Assembly (NCBI GenBank): GCA_963842525.1
Contig: CAWJGT010000009.1
Coordinates: 800,001-864,000, forward strand
Direction of reading: 5' to 3'
Length of the DNA stretch: 64,000 nt
DNA from: an uncultured Holophagales bacterium
GTDB lineage: Bacteria > Acidobacteriota > Thermoanaerobaculia > Multivoradales > UBA5704
A program made the translations under genes and the position numbers. Each line of letters opens with the position of its first letter. Positions within the stretch are counted from its first letter, which is position 1. The notes beneath the pieces were generated by a model, which did not search any database, had not been told where the DNA came from, and saw only the letters and a program-made list of their open reading frames with translations. This document shows positions 22,952 through 32,126 of this stretch, one piece after another.

Positions 22952-24423
22952 AGGCCACCTCCTGCCGCGGCGATGCACTCGTCGTAGACCCGCAGGTCCG
23001 GAGGATCGATCCGGCACACCGGCGGCTCCAGGCGCACCGGCCGAAGGGCCGTCTGTACCTGCGCGAAGTCCCGCAGCTCGCCGCCCTCCAACAGGGCCGA
23101 AAGCGCACCCTCCACCGCGCTTTCTCCCGTGCTCGCCGCCAGGTGCAGAATCCGCACATACTCCACGTCCGCCCGCGCTCCGTGACGCCCCTCCAGCGCA
23201 TCATAGGTCTGCCGGAAAACCAAGCTCGGAAACAGCGCCTCCCGGTACCGGTAGCGCGCGAACGCTCCCGGCTTGCGGATCAACGACCAGATCAGGTGGC
23301 GATAGTCGATGGCGGCGTGACCGCGGCCCCGCAGGCGCTCCATCTCGGCCACCCGCTCACCGGCAAAGTGCACCTCGATCCGCTCCGCATACAGCCGAAT
23401 GTCCACCCACTCGCCGATCAGCCGCGAGGCCACCGAGTAGACGTTGTTGGCCACCCGCAGGGTCGAAAACACGCTGACCCGCACCCGCTCCCGCCGGAAG
23501 TCGTCCAGGCGCGACAGCGGCAGATCCCTCATCCGCTCCAGCTCCTCGCGCAGCTTGACGGCTCGGCCACGGTTGCGCCCCGAAAAGATCTCACCCAAAA
23601 ACACCTCGTACGCGGCGCGGCTCGAAAACTCCCGGCCCCCCCGCAGCAGAAGCGCCTGCTGGACAGCCCGCTTGAAGCGGTGGTGCGCCTGCTCCACATC
23701 GCCGTTTTCGTGGCCACGCCCAGGGGTGTTGCAGTCGGGCTGGACCTGGTAGTGCGCCAGCGCACCCAGGTAGCGCTCGTTGAACGTCCGGCCCCCCTCG
23801 CCCAGCTCGTGGGTGGCCGCCGAAAGGTTGTCCGTCCGGTGTAGCTTCGGCACCTTGCCCAACTCCCAGACGGCGGCCTGGAAACCCCCGATGAGAGCCT
23901 CGAAACTCTCCGAAAAGCAGATCCCGCCCGTCTCCCAGTTCGAATACGGCAACACGAAGTGGAACATCAGGTGGTCGAACGGCTCGCCCCCGAGGCAAAT
24001 CCCCAGCTCCGTCATGCTCGTGAAGTCGCTCTGGGCGTACTCCCCCGGCCGGTGTTCCTGCGCGAACATGACCTCCCGCTCGGGACCCTGCGACGCCCGC
24101 CAACGGCGGATCCGCCGCTGCAATGTACGCAGCTGACCGTCCGAAAAGCTCAGCTCCGGCCGCCCCCTCAGCAGCTCGAAGATCGTCACCGCCTCCAGGC
24201 CGGGCGCCTGCTTGAGCATCCCTTCGATCTCCGGCCACACCCCGGCAAACGGGTCCGGCCGGGTCCGATACTGCCGCATGACCTTGCGCTGGCCCGGAAG
24301 CGCACCCTCGCGATACCGCCGTGCCGTGTTCTCACTCATCCCAGAGCGCAGAGCTGCGCTCGACAGCGACTCTCCCTTGCCAAGTTCCATCCTCAACCTC
24401 CTTACCTGCTTATCCGTCAACAT
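22948..24423 (-). CDS. istA: IS21 transposase
   Basis: QSDFT, HRTDNLS, HENGDVE DDE motifs; stop overlaps istB start. Confidence 0.93.
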   Translation of the reverse strand: MLTDKQVRRLRMELGKGESLSSAALRSGMSENTARRYREGALPGQRKVMRQYRTRPDPFAGVWPEIEGMLKQAPGLEAVTIFELLRGRPELSFSDGQLRTLQRRIRRWRASQGPEREVMFAQEHRPGEYAQSDFTSMTELGICLGGEPFDHLMFHFVLPYSNWETGGICFSESFEALIGGFQAAVWELGKVPKLHRTDNLSAATHELGEGGRTFNERYLGALAHYQVQPDCNTPGRGHENGDVEQAHHRFKRAVQQALLLRGGREFSSRAAYEVFLGEIFSGRNRGRAVKLREELERMRDLPLSRLDDFRRERVRVSVFSTLRVANNVYSVASRLIGEWVDIRLYAERIEVHFAGERVAEMERLRGRGHAAIDYRHLIWSLIRKPGAFARYRYREALFPSLVFRQTYDALEGRHGARADVEYVRILHLAASTGESAVEGALSALLEGGELRDFAQVQTALRPVRLEPPVCRIDPPDLRVYDECIAAAGGGL

Positions 24424-24533
24424 CAGCCCCCCAATTCATGAGGGGCAAGAGCCTACGGGACAAGCGTTTACGAGGACTGGAACCCCGCAATTCTAATTGT
24501 CGTCACCCCGCAGTTCTAATTGTCGCCGAACAA

Positions 24534-24758
24534 CCTGCGGACGATCTCGAACAAGCTGTCTCGTGCCGCGTTCTACATCCTGCGCGACCAGGTGCCGTTC
24601 CGGTCGGCGCAAGCTTTCGGTTGATTCAGGTGGGGACAGGGAGCCTGCAATAGGTGCTGGGCGAAAGAACCCTCCGTGGCTGATTGGCCCTTGTCCCCCA
24701 CCGTTTTTGGCTCTTTTATTGGGGATGCGCCCAGGTCGTGAGCCCGAATGTGCTGGCA
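24534..24758 (+). mobile_element. IS110/IS1111 remnant: last transposase codons plus 3' non-coding region (final bases at 30178-30184, after the intron)
   Basis: Near-identical to the reverse complement of 54117..54350 (LRTISNKLSRAAFYILRDQVPFRSAQAFG* and downstream region). Confidence 0.88.
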
Positions 24759-25533
24759 GTGCGACACGAAGGGAGGTCTGATGTGAGCTGATTTGCCGAT
24801 TACAGAGAGACCTCCTGGGTCTCGAAGGCCAGCGGGTGGAAGTCCCGCCCGGGGAATTGTCGGTTCGCCCGGTAGCCACTGGAGCAGCCGAGCTCGAGCA
24901 ATCGTCCGGCTGAAGCCTCCGGGGAAGTCCTCGGTGCAACCGAGGTGCAAATGCGCAGGCCGAAAAGCACGTGAACCCTGAGCAGGCCTCGATAGTTTCT
25001 CGCTGGAGCCGACCCTCCTGCCATAAGGGGAAGGCCGTCGGGGGGTGGGGGAGCAACCGACCGAAGAACCCGTCCTCTCCAGCCGGGGTAGTGGGGTCAG
25101 CATGCGCAGACAAGGTCTTTGAGGCAACGTGTGAGATCCACATAGGTGGTGGGTCGCGGCCACCAACCGAGGTGATCTGAAATGGTCAGCCTCGGGCCGT
25201 GTGGAAGTCGGAGGGGCCCATGGTACCGAGGAAGCCGGGTAATGCCGGTGGAGGGACGGAGCCCTGGTTCGGGCATGCTTCTCAACGAGAAGGAGACCGG
25301 GAATTGACGATGAGTCTAGAACCCGATCAAGTCGAGTGTAGACGCCCGCCTTATTTCGTGACCGCCGCCTGAGTTTTTCCCAGTTTTCAGCGTGGTCAGG
25401 TAGATTCGTCGGCGCAGGAGTGCGGGACGATTTTGCCTGTGGAGAGGTCGGGCAAGGCAAGCGAAGCCCGCCGGGCTCTCCTTGTGTCTTTTGGCGGACC
25501 GGGGATGACCCGACGGGCTTCCGAGAGGAGGCC

Positions 25534-26097
25534 ATGTTAAGTCTGAAGGGCGTGGGCTGCAAGCAGTATCGAGAGCAGATGGACGGCGGGGCGGTTCCCG
25601 AGCTGAGCTGCCCGGATCCGGATTGTCAGAGGACCCGTCTGCGGGGCCACGGCTCCTACAAGCGCTTCCTCGCAGGAGTGCTTCAGGCCTTGCGGCGGGT
25701 GCGGTGCCCGCGTTGCAGGGTCAGCCATGCGGTGTTGCCGGAGGACGTGTGCGCCTATCGCGATTTGACCTTGGCGGCCGTGGAGGCGGGTCTGGCTGCG
25801 GGGAGTCCGAGCGAAGGCGCCGAGGTTTCAGGGCAGTGCGGCAGTTCGGGGGTGCGGCGGGTGCGGGGTTGGCTGCGCAGCGCGCACGAGCCCTTTGCCG
25901 CCAAGCTGCAGGCGCTGCTGGGGCCAGTGCCGGCTCCGTGGTGGCGGGGGGCGCAGGAGGTGGTGGGCCAGGCGGCGGGTTGGTTGACGCGGCTGCGGCA
26001 CTTTCTGTGGTCGTCCTGGGGCTGCTTTTTCGGCGGAGTGAGCGGACTGTTCCGCCACGGCCGGCCGTCCTGGCGGTCAGGGGAGGCCTCTCCATAG
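25534..26097 (+). CDS. Zn-ribbon protein (DUF6431-like) of the transposon
   Basis: CPDPDC, GHGSYKR, CPRCRVSHAVLP; RBS GAGGAGG. Confidence 0.7.
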   Translation: MLSLKGVGCKQYREQMDGGAVPELSCPDPDCQRTRLRGHGSYKRFLAGVLQALRRVRCPRCRVSHAVLPEDVCAYRDLTLAAVEAGLAAGSPSEGAEVSGQCGSSGVRRVRGWLRSAHEPFAAKLQALLGPVPAPWWRGAQEVVGQAAGWLTRLRHFLWSSWGCFFGGVSGLFRHGRPSWRSGEASP

Positions 26098-26188
26098 GTT
26101 GGTAACTACCCATCGCAGGGTTCTGCCACGAAGCTACTGGCGGGGGCTGTGGGATGGTCCCAGAGCCCGATTGCGGAGACTTCGTGCG

Positions 26189-27517
26189 ATGGATGAGAGC
26201 CAAAGAGAGCAGATTGCGTTGTTTCGCCACAGCGTCATTGCCGAGCTGATCAGCCGGCCGTTGGCGCCACGCGAAAAAGAGAAGCTGTTGTGTGCGATCG
26301 CGGAAAAGACGTGGACGATCCCGGGCAGCGCGCGCAGCCACGTCGGCCGTTCGACGGTGCGAGATTGGCTCGAGCTGTACCAGATCCATGGGTTTGAGGG
26401 GCTCAAGCCGGGCCCGCGTACCGATGCCGGGCGCTCGCGGGCGATCCCGGAGGAGGTGCAGGATCTGCTGCTGGCGCTGCGGGCCGAGCGGCCCGGTGCT
26501 TCGCTCGACAGCCTGATCCGCGCCGTGCATCTGTGCGGCCGCTTTGCGCCCAATCTGCGGCTGTCGCGCAGCAGCGTGCACCGCTTCTTCGCCGCCCAGG
26601 CGGTGCCGGCCCGCCAAGGGTCCAGCGCCGAGCCGGACGCTTTGGCTTTCACCTTTCCGCATGTCAACGACCTGTGGACCTCCGACCTGATGCACGGGCC
26701 CCGCCTGCTGGTGCCGGGGCGCAAGGACGGCGGCAAGACCTACCTCTACGCCTTCCTCGATGACGCCTCGCGCATGGTGCCGTTTGCCGCCTTCTACCTG
26801 GCCGAAAACGCCGCCTGCTTCCAGGACGCTCTGAAGCAGGCTCTGCTGCGCCGCGGCCTGCCGCGACGGCTCTACTGCGACAACGGCGCCACCTTCCGCA
26901 CCCACCACCTGCAGGTCATCTGCGCCACGCTGAACATCTCCCTGGTCCACTCCCGGCCCCACAAGCCGCGCGGTCGCGGCAAGATCGAGCGCTTCTTCCG
27001 CCACGTCCGCACCGCCTTTGTCCCCCACCTCACCAGCGAGGTCCTCGCCGATCTGGCCCAGCTCAACCGCGTCTTCTGGGCCTGGCTGGAGGGCGAGTAT
27101 CACCAGACTGCCCACGGCGGCCTGGACGGGCAAACGCCTCTGGACCGCTTTCTGAAGGACCAGGCCCTGATCCGCCCGGCCCCCGAGCACCTGGAGGCCT
27201 GGCTGCGCATGAAGGTCACCCGCCGGGTCGGCCGCGACCGCACCGTCCACCTCGACGGCCGTCTCTATGAGGCTCCCGATGGCTATGCCGGTGAGACCGT
27301 CGACGTCCTCTACGATCCCTATGACCCCGCCCGGCCCGTCCACTTTTGCCGCAAAGGCCAGAGCGCCGAGCTGCCTCTGCGCCGGCTCGACCTCGCCACC
27401 AACGCCACCCTGCGCCGACTCGAAAGAAACAGCGAGCCGGCCAGAGAAGCGCCCACCACCGGCATCAGCTACCTCGAGCTCATCGCCAAGAAGTTCTATC
27501 AGGGGGAGCCCCAGTGA
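26189..27517 (+). CDS. DDE transposase/integrase (rve + Mu-type C-terminal domain)
   Basis: WTSDLM, FLDDASR, YCDNG, GKIERFF. Confidence 0.9.
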   Translation: MDESQREQIALFRHSVIAELISRPLAPREKEKLLCAIAEKTWTIPGSARSHVGRSTVRDWLELYQIHGFEGLKPGPRTDAGRSRAIPEEVQDLLLALRAERPGASLDSLIRAVHLCGRFAPNLRLSRSSVHRFFAAQAVPARQGSSAEPDALAFTFPHVNDLWTSDLMHGPRLLVPGRKDGGKTYLYAFLDDASRMVPFAAFYLAENAACFQDALKQALLRRGLPRRLYCDNGATFRTHHLQVICATLNISLVHSRPHKPRGRGKIERFFRHVRTAFVPHLTSEVLADLAQLNRVFWAWLEGEYHQTAHGGLDGQTPLDRFLKDQALIRPAPEHLEAWLRMKVTRRVGRDRTVHLDGRLYEAPDGYAGETVDVLYDPYDPARPVHFCRKGQSAELPLRRLDLATNATLRRLERNSEPAREAPTTGISYLELIAKKFYQGEPQ

Positions 27518-28320
27518 ACCTCTATACCACCGCCTTCGGCTTCACCCGGCCGCCCTTCCACGGCCCCCTCACCGCCGACTCTCTGTTTCGGCCTCAGGGG
27601 CTCGAAGAGCTCCACAGCCGTCTGCGCTACCTGGTCGACTCCAGGGCCATCGGCCTGCTCACCGGCGAGCCGGGCAGCGGCAAAACCACCGCCCTGAGGC
27701 GACTGCGCGACGATCTCCACCCCGACCAGGTGCGCGCTGTGTACCTGCACGACACCCTGGTCAACCCCGCCGACTTCTGCCGCCAACTCGCCCTTGCACT
27801 CGGCCTCCAGCCCGAATGGTCTCGCGCCATGACCTTCCGCCTCGTCCAGCAAGAGATCCAACGCCTCGTCAAAGACCGCCACATAACCGTCCTGCTCATC
27901 GTCGACGAAGCCCACAACCTCAGGCCCGACGTCCTCGCCCTCTTCCCCCTGCTCGCCAACTTTGAATGGGACGCAGAAGGACGGCTTGCCTTTCTCCTGG
28001 CCGGTCAATCCGGATTGCGACAGATCCTGCGCCTGTCGCATCTGGAGGCCCTCGCTCAGCGCATCACCATCCGCTTCACCCTGCGCGGCTTCGACCGAGA
28101 CACCACCTGCTGCTACCTCGAACATCGCCTCAAGATCGCCGGCCTGGATCGACCCCTCTTCACCGCCCCCGCCCAGGAAGCCCTCTTTGAAGCCTCCCAG
28201 GGCATCATGCGCAGAATCGACACCCTGGCCCACCACGCCCTGGCCGCCGCAGCCACTTCCAGAGCCAAGCTCGTCGAGCCCGAGCACGTCCTGCAAGCCG
28301 CCGAGGAGATGCGCTCATGA
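27514..28320 (+). CDS. AAA ATPase (ExeA/TnsC/MuB-like)
   Basis: GEPGSGKTT, LIVDEAHNL, LAGQ; GTG overlaps the transposase stop. Confidence 0.88.
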   Translation: MNLYTTAFGFTRPPFHGPLTADSLFRPQGLEELHSRLRYLVDSRAIGLLTGEPGSGKTTALRRLRDDLHPDQVRAVYLHDTLVNPADFCRQLALALGLQPEWSRAMTFRLVQQEIQRLVKDRHITVLLIVDEAHNLRPDVLALFPLLANFEWDAEGRLAFLLAGQSGLRQILRLSHLEALAQRITIRFTLRGFDRDTTCCYLEHRLKIAGLDRPLFTAPAQEALFEASQGIMRRIDTLAHHALAAAATSRAKLVEPEHVLQAAEEMRS

Positions 28321-28559
28321 ACACACCCGAACCCATCCTCGACTACCTGCAAAACCAGGTCCCCGAGTACCCGTTCGATCGCAAGCTCGACGAAGAGTTT
28401 GTCGACGAGCTGATCGCAGACTTCCAGGATCTCAACATTCTCGAGGAGACCAAGACCTTCAGGTGGTATCACAACAACCGGCCGGCCGCCCGTTTCAAGA
28501 ACGTCCGTGTCGGCCTGCGGCGCTGGATTGCCAACTCCTGGGCGCGAAGACCAGAATGA
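28317..28559 (+). CDS. small transposon-encoded protein (80 aa)
   Basis: ATGA overlap with ATPase stop, GGAG RBS, lies within the IRs. Confidence 0.7.
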   Translation: MNTPEPILDYLQNQVPEYPFDRKLDEEFVDELIADFQDLNILEETKTFRWYHNNRPAARFKNVRVGLRRWIANSWARRPE

Positions 28560-30335
28560 ATCAAAGCAACTGCTGAAAACTCGGCCCCTTCGGTCAAAAA
28601 CAGTCCCGGATTCCACCGCCACCCGGCCCAATCCGGGACTGCTCTCTTCCCCCTTCTGTCCGCCACGAAATATTTCGAAAAGGTGGCCACGGAATTACGC
28701 GGGACTCGACATCGAGCGACTCCGGAAGAAGCTGTATGAGAAGGCCAAGCGGGAGCCAGACTTTCGGTTCTACACGCTGTACGACAAGGTGTGCTGGGCG
28801 GAAACCCTGGAGAGGGCCTACCGACAGGCGAAAGCCAACGACGGAGCGCCCGGAGTCGACGGGGTCCGGTTTGAGGACATTGAGGCGTACGGTGTAGAGC
28901 GGTGGCTGGCCGAGCTTCGGCAGGAACTGGTGGAAGAGACCTACCGCCCCCAACCGGTGCGGCGGGTGATGATCCCGAAGCCCGGCGGAGGCGAGCGTCC
29001 CCTCGGAATCCCGACCATCAGGGATCGGGTGGTGCAGACCGCCGTCGTGCTGATCCTTGAGCCGATCTTCGAAGCTGATTTCGAGGACAACGTCTATGCC
29101 TACCGGCCGGAGCGCAGTGCGCACGGCGCACTGGCCGAGGTGCAGGGGCGGTTGTATGGAGGCCAGCAGCACGTCGTAGATGCCGACGTGACGAAGTACT
29201 TCGACACCATCCCCCACGCCGAGCTGTTGCAGAGCGTGGCCCGGCGGGTGGCCGACGGGAAGATCCTGCATCTGCTCAAGCTGTGGCTGAAATCCCCGGC
29301 GGAAGAGAGGGATGAGAGGGGAAACCGGCGGATAACAGGCGGCAAGAAGAGCAAGCGGGGGACTCCTCAAGGCGGAGTTGTTTCACCTCTGATGGCTAAC
29401 ATCTACATCAACCGTCTTCTGCGCCACTGGAGGAAGACCGGGGCGACGCAACGGTTGGGACAGATCGTCTCCTATGCCGATGACTTCGTGATTGTCTGCG
29501 CAAGCCGCCGCCAGGCCGAAGAAAGTCTGGCGCTGGTATCGCGCTGGTTGGCGAAGCTCGGGCTGACGCTTCATCCCACCAAAACGCGCCTCTGTCACGC
29601 CCGAGAAGAGCCGTTTGACTTCCTGGGCTACACCTTCGGGCCGGTGCGGCACTGGCTGAGCGGGAAGAGATTCATCTCGGCTCGGCCATCCAAGAAGGCC
29701 CAGAAGAGGCTCAAGGAGAAGATCAACATCCGGCTACGCCGGGGAAACCCAACCCCTTGGCCCAAGCTGCGAGACCGGCTCAACCGACTCCTGTCGGGGT
29801 GGGCCGAGTACTTCAGCTTCGGTTTTACGGGCCAAGCTGACACAGCCATCAGCTGGCACGTGCGGGCACGGGTTCGGCGATTCCTCTGCCGGCGGCATAA
29901 GCTGCGCGTCAGCGGAACCAGCCGATTCAGCTACTCTGAGATCCATGGCAAGGCGGGAGTGATCGACATCCGCCAGAGGCGTCTGCAAGGAAGTCCCGTG
30001 CATGCCCTCTCGTGAAGCCCGTCCGAGAGCCGGATGCGGGAGATCCGCAAGTCCGGTTCGATGAGCGGCGGTGGGAAACGGAGACACGGCCGAGACTGAG
30101 GCACCGGCGAGTGGCGAAAGCCGCCGGAAACAGCTACTCCCTCGACCTACAGACACCGCGCCCGCCGCCGACTCTACCCTCTGAAGCGGGCACTTATTCG
30201 GCTCAACCAAAATCCGCCCGAGCGTGTCTATTCATGTAAAGGCAAGGAGGGACTCAGTGGATCACGGGTCGGGATCGATGTGTGACGATTGCACGCAAGA
30301 GCTTCTCTACAGATCGATGACCGAGAGGAGCGAAG

Positions 30336-31118
30336 ATGGCAAGCGATGACCCTAAGACCGGGAAGCCTGCCCCGGGCTCCGGTCAGAACGTGGTTCGTGG
30401 GGACAACTTCGGCTTGATCAACGTGGGTGGCAGCATCGGCGGCAGTGCCACCGTGGTTCATGCGCAGTCTCCGCCTCGGGTAGAGACCGCGCTCCCGTCC
30501 GGGGCGGCAGGGAGCAACTCCGTCATGCGCATTCTGTTCTTGGGAGCCAATCCGGAGGGCGCGCCATCCCTGCGCCTCGATCACGAGGTCCGGGAGATCG
30601 ACCTCGCGTTGCGCCAAGCCGACTTCCGGGATCGCTGCGACCTGCGCCAACAGAATGCCTTGCGGGTGACCGACCTGCAGAACGCGCTGCTGCGCCACCG
30701 GCCGCAGATCGTCCACTTCAGCGGCCATGGAGTTGCGGACGGGCTCTACCTGGAGGATGAAGCGGGGATGGTCCGCAAGGTCGAGGGGAGCGTCATAGCC
30801 AGGATTCTCGCCGTGTTCAAGAAACAGATCCGCTGCGTAGTGCTGAACGCCTGCTATTCCCGGGACCAGGCCGAGGCGATAGCCAGCGACATCGATTGCG
30901 TCATCGGCATGTCCACGGACATCGGAGACTTGGCGGCGGTCCGTTTCTCTACGGCCTTCTATGGAGCTCTCGCTTTTGGAAGCAGTGTCGCGACGGCCTT
31001 CGATTTGGGCTGCTCGCGGATCGATCTCGACGGCTTGGGGGAGGGAAACACTCCGCAACTGATCGCGTTCCGGCAGAAACCTGAAGAGGTCGTCTTCATC
31101 AAGGAGGAACTGAGATGA
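30336..31118 (+). CDS. CHAT-domain (caspase-like) protease with short N-terminal G/N-rich motif
   Basis: ILFLGANP, IVHFSGHG (His) and VVLNACYS (Cys): dyad intact. Confidence 0.88.
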   Translation: MASDDPKTGKPAPGSGQNVVRGDNFGLINVGGSIGGSATVVHAQSPPRVETALPSGAAGSNSVMRILFLGANPEGAPSLRLDHEVREIDLALRQADFRDRCDLRQQNALRVTDLQNALLRHRPQIVHFSGHGVADGLYLEDEAGMVRKVEGSVIARILAVFKKQIRCVVLNACYSRDQAEAIASDIDCVIGMSTDIGDLAAVRFSTAFYGALAFGSSVATAFDLGCSRIDLDGLGEGNTPQLIAFRQKPEEVVFIKEELR

Positions 31119-32104
31119 ACAGCCGAATGTCCGGACGACGTGCCTTTATCCTTGCGGTCTCGGTCCCCCTCCTCTCGCTCTCCTGCCAGCAGGTGCGGAT
31201 GATCGATCTCACCGGCGGTACCTATCTGAAGATCCAGTACAACGAGACAAGGCCGACCATGGCTCTCTTGACCACATCGGATCAGCCGTCCCTCAAGCAG
31301 GAGCGAATCGTCTCGGCCATCAGTACCTATCTCAGCCGCTGGTCCGAAAGCGAGAGCATCGAAGCACATGGCAGTATCATCGAGTTCTCGACCGTCTCCC
31401 AAGACAGGCGTCTCTCCCAGGCCTTCTCCGAAGAAGACATCCTGCAGTTTGTCATTGTTCCAGCGGCTCCAGGACCCGCCGCACCACCACCCATCGCTGA
31501 CCCTATCCTCGTTCCCTCCGATACGTGCACGTATGCTCTCGATGATGAGTGCGACGAACCGCGCCTCTGCTCTGCGGGTACCGACGCAACAGATTGTGGC
31601 AGCATTCAATCTTACACCGAGCAGATTGATGACAGTTGCACCTATGCAAACGATAGTGTCTGTGACGAACCAGCCCCCTGCCAGGTGGGAACCGATTCCA
31701 CAGATTGCAGAGAGACCATCCGTACGTCAGTCTCCCTTCCGACCTTCGAAATAGTGGTCATCCCGTTCTCTTGGATTCACAGCGTCAGAACCTCCGGGAA
31801 AGGCGATCTGACGCTCACCATCGAGGATGAGTTGAGGGAAAAGCTCGAGACAATCCTGAATGTGGATCCCGAAGCAGTTTTGCAGGTCCATCAGGACGGC
31901 ACCATTCTGGCCAGTGGACTTCTCAGAAACTACTACCAGCGCGGCTCTTTGCGTCTCCCGGCCGACGATCTGGACCTGCTGCCGTTCGTTGGAGAAGCGA
32001 TCCGGGTCGAGGCTCTGAAGAAGGATGGAGCCGTTCAACTCCTGGAAGCCATGAAGCTCGATCCGCCTTCCACCAGACCCGGAAGCTCGAAATATCCCTG
32101 GTAG
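31115..32104 (+). CDS. lipoprotein with two Cys-rich repeats, weakly SecD-periplasmic-like
   Basis: Lipobox LSLSC; IDLTGG; CTYAxDxxCDEPxxCxxGTDxTDC twice; ATGA overlap with the CHAT gene. Confidence 0.7.
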   Translation: MNSRMSGRRAFILAVSVPLLSLSCQQVRMIDLTGGTYLKIQYNETRPTMALLTTSDQPSLKQERIVSAISTYLSRWSESESIEAHGSIIEFSTVSQDRRLSQAFSEEDILQFVIVPAAPGPAAPPPIADPILVPSDTCTYALDDECDEPRLCSAGTDATDCGSIQSYTEQIDDSCTYANDSVCDEPAPCQVGTDSTDCRETIRTSVSLPTFEIVVIPFSWIHSVRTSGKGDLTLTIEDELREKLETILNVDPEAVLQVHQDGTILASGLLRNYYQRGSLRLPADDLDLLPFVGEAIRVEALKKDGAVQLLEAMKLDPPSTRPGSSKYPW

Positions 32105-32126
32105 GCCCGACTCAAGGAGATTCAAG

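Larger units (their letters stand above)
21934..24532 (-). mobile_element. IS21-family insertion sequence
   Basis: TG...CA ends with about 50-bp imperfect IRs, each holding two CGACAATTAGAACTGCGGG-like repeats; istA/istB. No target duplication visible. Confidence 0.9.
25337..28711 (+). mobile_element. Mu/Tn7-like 4-gene transposon (Zn-ribbon ORF, DDE transposase, AAA ATPase, small ORF)
   Basis: TGT...ACA ends with about 30-bp imperfect IRs (TGTAGACGCCCGCCTTATTTCGTG / TGTCGAGTCCCGCGTAATTCCGTG); 5-bp duplication TCGAG at 25332-25336 and 28712-28716. Confidence 0.9.
25310..30015 (+). pseudogene. ltrA: group II intron RT/maturase split by transposon (25310-25336 + 28717-30015)
   Basis: MSLEPDQVE|RLRKKLYEKAK... 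rejoins in frame. RPLGIPT, GTPQGG, YADD motifs; no endonuclease domain. Confidence 0.9.
24759..30177 (+). mobile_element. group II intron 1 (interrupted by a transposon)
   Basis: 5' GTGCG; domain V GAGAGCCGGATGCGGGAGATCCGCAAGTCCGGTTCG (30025-30060); 3' ACTCTAC. Exons rejoin to GTGCTGGCA|CCTCTGAA, the same as the intact IS110 end near 54116-54132. Confidence 0.92.

Noticed and set aside
28507-28716. N-terminal 70 aa of the 502-aa RT ORF as a novel domain
   Set aside because: This is the right end of the inserted transposon read in frame; the true start is at 25310.
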